Source of the DNA: Acidobacteriota bacterium
GTDB lineage: Bacteria; Acidobacteriota; Terriglobia; UBA7540
Reading direction: 5' to 3'
Assembly (NCBI GenBank): GCA_003225365.1
Contig: QHZN01000079.1
Coordinates: 2,459-66,458 of the forward strand
DNA length: 64,000 nt
The stretch's first letter is position 1; each line of letters opens with the position of its first letter. Positions 20,501-27,746 of the stretch are shown in pieces. The notes beneath the pieces were generated by a model. It saw only the letters and a list, made by a program, of their open reading frames with translations. It was not told the origin of the DNA and did no database searches. The position numbers and the translations under genes were made by a program.

Positions 20501-20925
20501 GCTCCCGGGGCGTCCTCCGGAATTTGGTGGTCGTAGCCGACGATCTGGCCGCTCGGGGACACATCCACACGGTATTCTTCGATCTGCTGCGGCCTGAACC
20601 AGCGGTTCGACCACCGCCACAAATGCAGGGGGCCGTTGGTCAGAGCGTCGAGCCGCTCCAGTCCCTCGGTGCGCTCGAGGTAGACCTTCGCCTGGTCGTC
20701 GTAATCGAAAATGCTGGCGTGGCGGTAACCCGCCAGACTCGCGCCCCGATCGGCGAGAAAACGGAGAGCCAGCGGCTTGGAATCGTCGCGGTTGACGCGA
20801 AAGACAATCGAAGCTTCCGGGAAAGCCCGCCGAAAGTACTTGATGCCGAGGGCCACCGAGGCCGCAGCGATGAGCAGCCCTGCTCCGATGATCCTGAATT
20901 CGCGCGCGGAAAGTTTAATCGGCAT
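17584..20925 (-). CDS. Large polytopic membrane protein with CPBP (CAAX/Abi-type) intramembrane glutamic protease domain; internally duplicated
   Basis: CPBP motifs are SEETQFR (EExxxR), FMWSFLHSAY (FxxxH) and WHFSVDALY (HxxxD). Two similar extracytoplasmic modules (..WFRPQQIEEYRVDVSPSGQIVGYDHQ.. and ..YFRPMEKEEYQVKIDADTGQVFSFQHQ..) are each followed by a multi-TM bundle. I chose the start at ATG 20925 to avoid overlapping the GNAT gene. Confidence 0.75.
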   Translation of the reverse strand: MPIKLSAREFRIIGAGLLIAAASVALGIKYFRRAFPEASIVFRVNRDDSKPLALRFLADRGASLAGYRHASIFDYDDQAKVYLERTEGLERLDALTNGPLHLWRWSNRWFRPQQIEEYRVDVSPSGQIVGYDHQIPEDAPGASLDEAAARALAEKFLGDAVHRALSDLDFVETKTEKRKARTDYTFTWKQRDMALGEASGRVQVGVDGDRVGGYGEFLEIPEKWTRDYEDLRSRNDVAQTVAQVFWTLLSIAMVGILILRLRDRDAPILMAAAFGLVAAVLYFLGQLNDFSLAQFGYDTRDAYSSFLAGYFVRSVVWSLAVGVGIFILVGSSEPYYREHFPRLQSIRKAFTWQGVRTRSFFIANVVGITMTFFFFAYQTIFYLIANRLGAWAPADIQYSDLLNTRWPWVWVLFMGFVPAVSEETQFRAFAIPFLSRLTRTRWLRVVLAAFMWSFLHSAYPNQPFFIRGLEVGLGGILIGVVMMRFGIIATMIWHFSVDALYTAFLLLRSGNSYLMVSGAVTAGVMLVPLGVALVAYLRTGTFADEAALTNASAGSARRLAEERPAEAEAPLAYQPLPASRLWGAVLLTVVLAAVAFIPVYEFGKGIKLRTTRAGALRLSDDFFKARQIDPTKFRRAAWLEENADALSLRYLLERRSVEEADRIYRQASKILLWNARYFRPMEKEEYQVKIDADTGQVFSFQHQMDESMAGPEIGSDAAKALSETFLSQKGYDLSKFELQGLDATKPEKLQHYDVRWQAKPGDPLNVGDAKHRLEVEIAGGQVVGFNSYFKLPEEWTRERTARSLFNWVMIGLGIICGSVILAAMLAVFVKQVRAGAIRWRRSLILASVFFVVVLLSELNQTPTLDRLYQTSIPLGSFRVLIAVALFLFPLIGSVLVWLVVGLATSLYPAAWRIFQGPARRTWRRDALVSVALFLASAAAFGRLSTRVADHFHTFAPINVAILPGGLDGVFPGGSFFLACLELGFLYPAIIGIVIYIVRSGIKGRPWWLLPLALVFLVALGPTGSHSAAEFFLKWGASALSLLGGVAIVSIFFRDNILAYLAAAFCAPAVGPMVNLFSDPAPFYRWNGVALAMLVAAVLAWMFLPTTSRNPQFR

Positions 20926-20987
20926 GGAGGCTTTCGATTGGCGAACTGGACCCGCGACGAGATGGGGGGCGGAGTGCCGCTCCCTTG

Positions 20988-21464
20988 TCACCGCGCTCGG
21001 CGAGACCACCCCTCGGGCGCCGATCCGAGCCATTTAACCATAACCCAGGCGGCTTGGCCGGGGGAATAATAATCCGGGATGTGCTCGACTTTGGTGTAAT
21101 CGCGCGCTTCGTAGAACTCCTGCGCGGCAAGGTTGTCCTCCGCAGTCTCCAGGTACAGGAGGCGGCAGCGCTCCCGGCGCGCCCAGGATTCGGCCGCCTC
21201 CATCAGGGCGCCGCCGATGCCGATGCGCCGCCGCCCCTCGACGACGTCCACGGTGATGATGTGCGCCACGCCATGCGGCTGGAGGTCCGCCACGACGAAG
21301 CCCGCAATCTCGCCCTGCTCTTCCGCCACCCAGGTTCGTGCGTTCTTCATGTGAATGAACCGACCCAGCTCATCCCGAGAATATGAAATCCCCGGCGGAA
21401 AACACGTCTGGTCAATTTGGTGGAGTTTGGGCAGGTCGGAACGCCGGTAGGGGCGAACCCTCAT
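20988..21464 (-). CDS. GNAT-family N-acetyltransferase (RimI-like)
   Basis: The IAGFVV...HIITVDVVEGRRRIGIGGALM...LYLETAEDNLAAQEFYEARDY pattern matches the acetyl-CoA-binding motif A (R-x-x-G-x-G/A). Confidence 0.75.
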   Translation of the reverse strand: MRVRPYRRSDLPKLHQIDQTCFPPGISYSRDELGRFIHMKNARTWVAEEQGEIAGFVVADLQPHGVAHIITVDVVEGRRRIGIGGALMEAAESWARRERCRLLYLETAEDNLAAQEFYEARDYTKVEHIPDYYSPGQAAWVMVKWLGSAPEGWSRRAR

Positions 21465-21533
21465 CGGAGGCGAGGCCCGTGCCCCCAACGGCAATCCGAA
21501 GCAAGGCATCGACAACCCGTGTGCGCGGATTGT

Positions 21534-22532
21534 TTACAAAAGCCCCGTTTCATGAAACCAACCTTCGGTGCGACTCATTCCTTCCCGCAAGTCGATGCGC
21601 GGATGGTGGCCGAGCGTTTCCTCGATGTGCGTCTGGTGATAAACCGCCCGGGCGGCCAGGAACCCCAACGCTTCCGCCGGGACGCGCGAGCTTTCGCGGT
21701 TCACCGCCGCGAGCAAGTTGCGGTAGCGCGCCCAAATCTTCGCCCCCAGAAGCGAGACCGATGGCAGCTTCTTGACAATTCCCGCCATGCGCGCGTACGC
21801 CATGAAGAACTCGCACCAGGTGACGGCGCCGTCGTTCACGATGAAGGCGTCACTCGCGGCGGCGTTACTTTGGAGCGCCAGAACCACGGCGTCCACAAGG
21901 TTATCGATATAGACGTAGTTAAGCAGCCCCTGCCCTTCCTCGACTAGAAAAAATTTCCCCTTCTTGATGCGCTTGAGCGGAATGACGCTCCAGTGGGTCG
22001 AGCCCGGCCCGTAAACCGCCGAGGGGCGGAGGATGATCACCGGCAGGCCACGCTCGCGGCTGTAACGCTCGACGGCAACCTCTGCGTCATATTTCGAGGC
22101 GGCGTAAGGGTCGCCGCTTGTCCCGCGAGGGGACCTGTCGGTGATTTCGCCTTCGGCGGGCATGCCGAAGACTGCTATGCTCGACAAGTGAACAACCCGA
22201 CGGACTCCGGCGCGCGCGGCCGCCCAAAGAAGGTTCTCCGTCCCACGGCAATTGGACTGGGCGAAAGTTTCCCGCTTTGGAACAGAGGACACCTGCGCCG
22301 CCGCGTGAACCACCGCCTCCGTCCCCTCGACGGCTCGCTCGAGGGAGGCCATATCGCCAAGGTCGCCCTCAACGGCTCCCGCGCCCAGCTTCACGAGCTC
22401 ATTCGCCTTTCGCGCGTCGCGGGCGAGCATCCGCACGGCGGCGCACTCCCGGCCAAGCAATCGTCGGGTGATGTGACCGCCGATGAAACCCGTCGAGCCA
22501 GTCACCAGAATCTTTTGCCCGGAAAGTTCCAT
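21534..22532 (-). CDS. NAD-dependent epimerase/dehydratase (extended SDR)
   Basis: KILVTGSTGFIGGHITRRL is the Rossmann GxxGxxG motif. YAASKYDAE carries the YxxxK catalytic motif. Confidence 0.85.
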   Translation of the reverse strand: MELSGQKILVTGSTGFIGGHITRRLLGRECAAVRMLARDARKANELVKLGAGAVEGDLGDMASLERAVEGTEAVVHAAAQVSSVPKRETFAQSNCRGTENLLWAAARAGVRRVVHLSSIAVFGMPAEGEITDRSPRGTSGDPYAASKYDAEVAVERYSRERGLPVIILRPSAVYGPGSTHWSVIPLKRIKKGKFFLVEEGQGLLNYVYIDNLVDAVVLALQSNAAASDAFIVNDGAVTWCEFFMAYARMAGIVKKLPSVSLLGAKIWARYRNLLAAVNRESSRVPAEALGFLAARAVYHQTHIEETLGHHPRIDLREGMSRTEGWFHETGLL

Positions 22533-22566
22533 GGGATGAAAAGACCGCCCGCGGCGCCAACCCAGT

Positions 22567-23697
22567 TCAGCAACACGAGGCCACCAAGGCGTCTATCTCC
22601 GCTTCGGTATTGTACAGGTACGGCGAAACGCGAATCATATCGTGCCGCAGGCTCACGGCGAAATTCTCGGCCCTAAGCCGCTCGTGAAGCTTTCGCGTAG
22701 CAACGGGGGAAGCCGCCACGAAACTCAAGATTGTGGACTGATGCTCGGGCTGGGCGGCCGCCGACAACCGAAAGCCCCGCGCGAGCAGGCCCTCCGCCAA
22801 GCGGTCGAGCAAACGGCGGCAATGCGCCGTCACGGTTTTCACGCCGGCCTTCTCAATAAACTCGAGCGACCCTCGAAGGGCGTAAAGGTTCAGAAAATTC
22901 GCCGTGTTCGGGACATCGAATATTTCCGCCCTGCGCGGCAAGCGGAACTCGTCCACGGGCAGCGCATCAAAGTCCGCGCTGCCTTCGACGGTGAGCCAGT
23001 TGACGGTACCGAGGTCCAGCCGGTCGCGGAGCTCCGGACGAAAATAAGCAAACCCTGTCGCGTAAGGGCCGAGCAGCCATTTGTACGCGGCGACCACAAC
23101 AACGTCCACCGGGAGCTGTTTGACGTCCATTTCCATCGCCCCCACGCCCTGCGTCGCGTCCACAACAAACACGGCGCCAGAGCGGTGCGCGAGCTCGCCG
23201 AAAGCAGCCAGGTCAATGCGCGCGCCGGTCGTGTAGCTCACCCAATCGAGCGCCAAGACCTTGGTCCGCGGCGCGAGGAGCGGGGCAACGTCGCCGGGCC
23301 GAAGGCTTCCGGCCGACGGCCTCGCTACCCTCACCTCCACGCCAAGCCGGCGGAGGTGAAGCCAGGTGAAGAGGTTCGAGGGAAAGTTCGCGCTGGCGAT
23401 CACCACTTCGTCCCCCGCCTGGAGCTCCAGCCCGTTCGCGACCACCGCGATTCCTTGCGTGGCGCTGTTCGTGAGCGCGATGTCGTCGGGGGAGGCGCCT
23501 ACGAGCGTGGCGAGTCGGCCCCTCACCGACGCGGTGATGTCGAAAAAATGGCGCGCCTCGAGCCGCGAGGGGTTCTTTTTCAGCTCGATTGACTGCTCAA
23601 TGCCTGCCACCGCCAAACGGGGGAAGGGGCCGTGGTAAGCACAGTCGAGGAAGGTGCAGGGGGCAAAGTCAAAAAACTCCCGGCGGTAGTCGGTCAT
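22567..23697 (-). CDS. Class V aminotransferase / cysteine-desulfurase-fold PLP enzyme
   Basis: The length and block order match class V enzymes (..ALTNSATQGI.., FVVDATQGVG, AAYKWLLGPYATGF with the PLP lysine). Substrate is not inferable. Confidence 0.8.
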   Translation of the reverse strand: MTDYRREFFDFAPCTFLDCAYHGPFPRLAVAGIEQSIELKKNPSRLEARHFFDITASVRGRLATLVGASPDDIALTNSATQGIAVVANGLELQAGDEVVIASANFPSNLFTWLHLRRLGVEVRVARPSAGSLRPGDVAPLLAPRTKVLALDWVSYTTGARIDLAAFGELAHRSGAVFVVDATQGVGAMEMDVKQLPVDVVVVAAYKWLLGPYATGFAYFRPELRDRLDLGTVNWLTVEGSADFDALPVDEFRLPRRAEIFDVPNTANFLNLYALRGSLEFIEKAGVKTVTAHCRRLLDRLAEGLLARGFRLSAAAQPEHQSTILSFVAASPVATRKLHERLRAENFAVSLRHDMIRVSPYLYNTEAEIDALVASCC

Positions 23698-23715
23698 AGA
23701 GGTCCGGGGAGGCGC

Positions 23716-24222
23716 CTACTTCCGCTCCGCTTCTTCCACGCTGTCCATGAGATGCTTCAGGACCGCGAACGCCGTTGTATTCACCGCATCGCCGAGCGGA
23801 GGGGGATTATAAGGCTGGTGGATGATGTCTTGCCAGATGGGCGAACCGGTCCGCCGGTCGGAAATAAAGATCTCCGTGTGCACGGTCTTGAGGCGGTGAG
23901 AGTCGAAGCAAGTGCCCCGTAGCACCGCGTCCGCGTCGGTGCGTTTGTCGGTAAGCCGGAAGCGCCCCGCCTTCGCAAATGCATCCACCAACTTGTCGCT
24001 CAGATGGTTGTCAATCCGCTCGACGTAAAGCGCCTGGACGCGCAGAAGCCTGCGTGCGTCGTTGGTGGTTGAGTTGTGCGGGCCGTAAAGGGATGGCGCG
24101 CCTCCGGGCTCGGGGCCGAGCGTGGGGCGGGCCGGGGGTTTCTCGGGGGCCTTGTTGTCCTGCGCGGATCCCGCACTCCCTGGACCCAGCAAGGCCGCGA
24201 GAATCAGAATCCGAAGCTTCAT
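23716..24222 (-). CDS. Hypothetical secreted protein
   Basis: ATG 24222 is preceded by GAGGAA. The N-terminus is signal-peptide-like (MKLRILILAALLGPGSAGSAQ). Third-position GC is high. I recognise no family. Confidence 0.55.
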   Translation of the reverse strand: MKLRILILAALLGPGSAGSAQDNKAPEKPPARPTLGPEPGGAPSLYGPHNSTTNDARRLLRVQALYVERIDNHLSDKLVDAFAKAGRFRLTDKRTDADAVLRGTCFDSHRLKTVHTEIFISDRRTGSPIWQDIIHQPYNPPPLGDAVNTTAFAVLKHLMDSVEEAERK

Positions 24223-24462
24223 GCCGGCTTCCTCACTGCACCGAACCCTCAAAGCGGCTTCAGCACGTTTCGGTCCGAGGTTGCCGCGAATTCCGCGGGC
24301 CAATCATCTGGCCAGGATAGTGAGCCCCACAAACAGAAGGCCCTGGCACGGCTCTCCAGGACGAACTGGAGGAGTCGTCCACCACCGTTCCGCCTGGACA
24401 GTGCCGGCGCCCTTTGCTCAACGCGTCCGCCATTTCAGTGGACCCGCGGAGCACCGGAAGGG

Positions 24463-24771
24463 CTATCGCTTGGCCTTCATCACCCTCATCTGGTCTTTCA
24501 TCGCCTGTCGTTCGTCTCTTTGCTTTTCCTTAAGCTGGCGCTTCTCGCGTCCCATCTGGTGTTTCACCTCGATCCGCTGGGCGCGCGGGATATTCGTCCT
24601 CCGCATGCTGTGCTTTTGCGCCGCTTGCCTGGACTTCAGTGCCCGCCACTCTGCCTTTTGGCGGGTCTTCAATTGTTGCATTGCGGAAGGCTGGACTTGA
24701 AACGCGACCAGCCCCGACGGGGATAGGAGTAGCCCCCACCCGATGCCTAGCGTCAACAAAACTCTTCGCAT
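24463..24771 (-). CDS. Small secreted Lys/Arg/Gln-rich protein (102 aa), hypothetical
   Basis: ATG 24771 is preceded by GGAGG. A signal peptide (MRRVLLTLGIGWGLLLSPSGLVA) is followed by a highly charged helical-looking region (QKAEWRALKSRQAAQK...KRQLKEKQRDERQAMKDQ). This loosely resembles Spy/CpxP-like periplasmic proteins. Confidence 0.5.
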   Translation of the reverse strand: MRRVLLTLGIGWGLLLSPSGLVAFQVQPSAMQQLKTRQKAEWRALKSRQAAQKHSMRRTNIPRAQRIEVKHQMGREKRQLKEKQRDERQAMKDQMRVMKAKR

Positions 24772-24946
24772 CTCGCCTCCGGGCGGCCGGATTCGCCGCC
24801 GAATCAGGATTTCGATTCGAACCCGCTTGCGGGACCTTCTCCCAGGGGCGATTGTAGCGAGAACCGGATACGAGTACAACCCAAACCGGTCGCAGGTTTT
24901 TTGCCAATCCCGGGACCGCTGAAATTCCGCAGGCTTGGCGAAACGG

Positions 24947-25933
24947 CTAATAAGACCGTGGCACGGTTTTTTCAAGCGGCGACGAGCCCCGGCTTGTCGC
25001 ATGCCCCGAGGGCGGCAACACCAAAAGAAAGGTTTTTCGAATCGGACGGCCCTGGCCGTCCTCGAGAGGATAATCCGGCGAGGCGTTCGGGACGGCTCGG
25101 AGCGTGAAAAACGAATCATCGGCCGTCGCGGCCTCCCAGTGTGACAGGATGGAAGCCTGAATCGGCTTCCACCACGGATGGACTGCGAGCGGGCCATTCT
25201 CGGCGAAGAGGAATTCTTCCATGACGGCCTCGGAATTTCTATTCGTGTTGGCTGTATCGTTTCTCACGCTCACGAATTCGTAGAGGTTCGGGAAACCGAA
25301 TGCGTTGAGCGCGGGAGACAGGCGGTAGATTCGGCCCTTGAGGCGCAACCGGTCGCCGGGCAGCCAGACGTCGGCCAACGGCACCCCCGTTGGCAACCAA
25401 ACCACCGCATGATAGAGCGTAACTTTGGCTGTGGCGGGCCTGTTCGGAAGAGGTTCGTCCTCGACGCGCGTCTCCCCGGTCGCCTCGACAATCAGCGTCA
25501 CCCGGTCCCCGGTGAGTGCGACGGTTCCTGCCCTGAGCAGGGTTAGGATGCTGAAGACACACAGCGCGATGAGCACTCCGCTCACGTAGAGCGCGTGGCG
25601 CATCTCAGGCGGCTCGCCTGAGCCCTTCTTCTGCCTCGCAAAAGTAACCATCGGAAGCGCGATGGCACAGGCTGCCACCACCGCGCGTGAAGGGCGGTCC
25701 CACACCTGCATGTTTCTCGAGAACAGAAAATCGAAAAATCCAAAGCCAAGAAAAGCGGCGGCGACGAGCGCCCGGAATCCCATCACGACGGCGGGGCGAG
25801 CATGGTCAATCACCAGGAGGACCAGTGCGCGCATCGCCAGCCCGGCGAATAGCCCCAGCGTCAGCGCCAAGCTCAGATTCAACAGGAAAATCTGCAAGCC
25901 CGCGATGTGGCCCTTCTCAATCCCCAAGTCCAT
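24947..25933 (-). CDS. Hypothetical membrane protein (about 4 N-terminal TM segments plus a soluble C-terminal domain)
   Basis: 328-aa ORF with hydrophobic N-terminal segments and coding-like codon usage. I recognise no family. Confidence 0.55.
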   Translation of the reverse strand: MDLGIEKGHIAGLQIFLLNLSLALTLGLFAGLAMRALVLLVIDHARPAVVMGFRALVAAAFLGFGFFDFLFSRNMQVWDRPSRAVVAACAIALPMVTFARQKKGSGEPPEMRHALYVSGVLIALCVFSILTLLRAGTVALTGDRVTLIVEATGETRVEDEPLPNRPATAKVTLYHAVVWLPTGVPLADVWLPGDRLRLKGRIYRLSPALNAFGFPNLYEFVSVRNDTANTNRNSEAVMEEFLFAENGPLAVHPWWKPIQASILSHWEAATADDSFFTLRAVPNASPDYPLEDGQGRPIRKTFLLVLPPSGHATSRGSSPLEKTVPRSY

Positions 25934-26051
25934 CCGGAGATTCTAATCCAAACGGAAGGACTTGCGTTAAGGCGAGCGAGCCCGAATTCGCGCGGGTGGC
26001 GCACACATGACGTGTTGAAAGTATGAAAAAAATGGGGGCGCAACCAAAAGG

Positions 26052-26180
26052 TCTCGCGCCAAGGCGCCGTTCGACAGGCTCACGGCCCTGAGCGAAGTCG
26101 AAGGGCAAAGCCGCAAAGGCCCGCAGAGAAATCAAAGGGGTTCGACTTTGTTTCTTTGTGCCTCAGCGCCTTGGCGAGAG
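26052..26180. repeat. Palindromic intergenic element containing the CTGAGCGAAGTCGAAGGGC-type motif
   Basis: Inverted ends TCTCGCGCCAAGGCGC (26052..26067) and GCGCCTTGGCGAGA (26166..26179). The internal motif GGCTCACGGCCCTGAGCGAAGTCGAAGGGC is repeat-like. Confidence 0.4.
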
Positions 26181-26349
26181 GCTGCTGATTTTTTCACAGC
26201 TTCGTTGTGCCATGTGTGCGTCCCTTTGAGCCATAATCCCGGCGCGCGGCGCCGGCGTCGCTGTCGCCGGCTCAAGGACCGGCATTTCATCATTGCCGGA
26301 ATCGAGCGCCCTGATCGCACGCCCCGATGCATCGGGGTATGCGCCGCTG

Positions 26350-27633
26350 CTAGCGGAGGAATCCACGGAAGCGCGCGGGTGAGACGGCAAAGCCCGGAAA
26401 TACGGGCGAGGTGTTTCGAGCGCCCAAATGGCGGACGAGCACTTCCGCGAACACGTCGCGAAAATCGCTGGTGAGCGCGACGTCGCGGCCTTCGTTGAGC
26501 TGCTCGGGCCGAAGCCCCGGCCAGCGGCCGTAAACCTTCCCGCCTTTCACTGGTCCCCCCAACGCAAACATCACGCTGGCATGGCCGTGGTCGGTGCCGC
26601 GGTTGCCGTTCTCGCGCGCCGTGCGGCCAAACTCGGTCATGCTCAAGACGCAAATATCCGCCATGCGTTCTCCCATGTCGCGGTGGAAGGCGGCGAGCGC
26701 CTCGCCGAATTCCTGGAGGCGGCCGGCGAGTTGGCCTTCGACGCCGCCTTCATTAACGTGATTATCCCAACCGCCGACTTCGGCGAACGCGACCTCGAGG
26801 CCGACGCCGGCCTTGATCAATTGCGCGATTTGCTGGAGGTTTCGGCCGAGCTGCCCGCGCGGGTATTCGGCGCCGTTTGAGGGCTGGTAATTCTCGAGCC
26901 CGACGTGCTCGAGCGTCGTGGCCGCTTCGATCATCTCACGCGCCGCGCGAGCGAAGAGCGGATCGGAGGTGGAGGCGTACATCGCTTCGACGGTTCCGCC
27001 GAGGGCCCCGCCTTTTCCGCCGGGAAGGTGAAACGCGCGCAGGTCGTCGAGCGCCAGAGCGGGCGCCGGGCCGGCGAGCATCCTCGGCATGCGCGGCGCG
27101 AACGCCACGGCGCGAAACGGCGAGGTCTCATCTCGCGGCGCGGGATCCGCCGACAGATAGCGGTTGAGCCAGCCATCCTCGGTGGCCTTCTTGCCTGGCG
27201 TCGCCGATTCCATGTAATCCTGCGCGTCGAAGTGTGAACGAGTGTTATCGGGCGAGCCGGCTGCGTGGATGATGGCAAGCTGACGGTTGTCGAAGAGCGG
27301 CTTGAGGGCAGCGAGCTTAGGGTGCAGGCCGAAGAAGCCGTCCAGGTCAATTGCCGCCCCGGCTCCGGGACCGCCCTCAGGCATGGTGGCGCTCGGCCTC
27401 GGGACGGCGATGGTCGGGCGCAGGGAGTAATAGTCCGGCTCGCCGTAAGGCACCACGATGTTCAGACCGTCCGCGGCGCCGCGCTGAAAAATGGCAACTA
27501 AGATTTTCTTTTGCGCGCTCGATGCTGGTTGCCCCATCGCAAACGCCGTGCGCCTGAGGAAACTCGGGACGAACCCGATGCCGAACAGGCTTAGCCCCGC
27601 GGATTTGATGAAATAGCGGCGGGATAGAGGCAT
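26350..27633 (-). CDS. DUF1501-family (sulfatase-fold) protein with Tat signal
   Basis: MPLSRRYFIKSAGLSLFGIG is a twin-arginine signal. GGWDNHVNEG and TEFGRTARENGNRGTDHGHA blocks are typical of DUF1501. Confidence 0.85.
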   Translation of the reverse strand: MPLSRRYFIKSAGLSLFGIGFVPSFLRRTAFAMGQPASSAQKKILVAIFQRGAADGLNIVVPYGEPDYYSLRPTIAVPRPSATMPEGGPGAGAAIDLDGFFGLHPKLAALKPLFDNRQLAIIHAAGSPDNTRSHFDAQDYMESATPGKKATEDGWLNRYLSADPAPRDETSPFRAVAFAPRMPRMLAGPAPALALDDLRAFHLPGGKGGALGGTVEAMYASTSDPLFARAAREMIEAATTLEHVGLENYQPSNGAEYPRGQLGRNLQQIAQLIKAGVGLEVAFAEVGGWDNHVNEGGVEGQLAGRLQEFGEALAAFHRDMGERMADICVLSMTEFGRTARENGNRGTDHGHASVMFALGGPVKGGKVYGRWPGLRPEQLNEGRDVALTSDFRDVFAEVLVRHLGARNTSPVFPGFAVSPARFRGFLR

Positions 27634-27660
27634 GACAATCCTCCACCGAGTTGGGGTTTA

Positions 27661-27744
27661 GTTCTGAGTTCTGAGTTTTGTGCCCTCAGTCCTCAGTTGT
27701 CACTTCTGACTCCTGACTTCTTGCTCGCCACTTGCCACTGTTCT
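27661..27744. repeat. Degenerate heptad array (GTTCTGA GTTCTGA ... CTTCTGA CTCCTGA CTTCTTG ...)
   Basis: About 12 consecutive 7-nt units fill the DUF1800-DUF1501 intergenic space. The first 15 nt match the 56650 array in 14 of 15 positions. Confidence 0.75.
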
Positions 27745-27746
27745 TC

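Noticed and set aside
25917-26135. 72-aa minus-strand ORF containing ..ALPFDFAQGREPVERR..
   Set aside because: It is encoded by the palindromic repeat element. This peptide pattern is a known artefact of translating such repeats.
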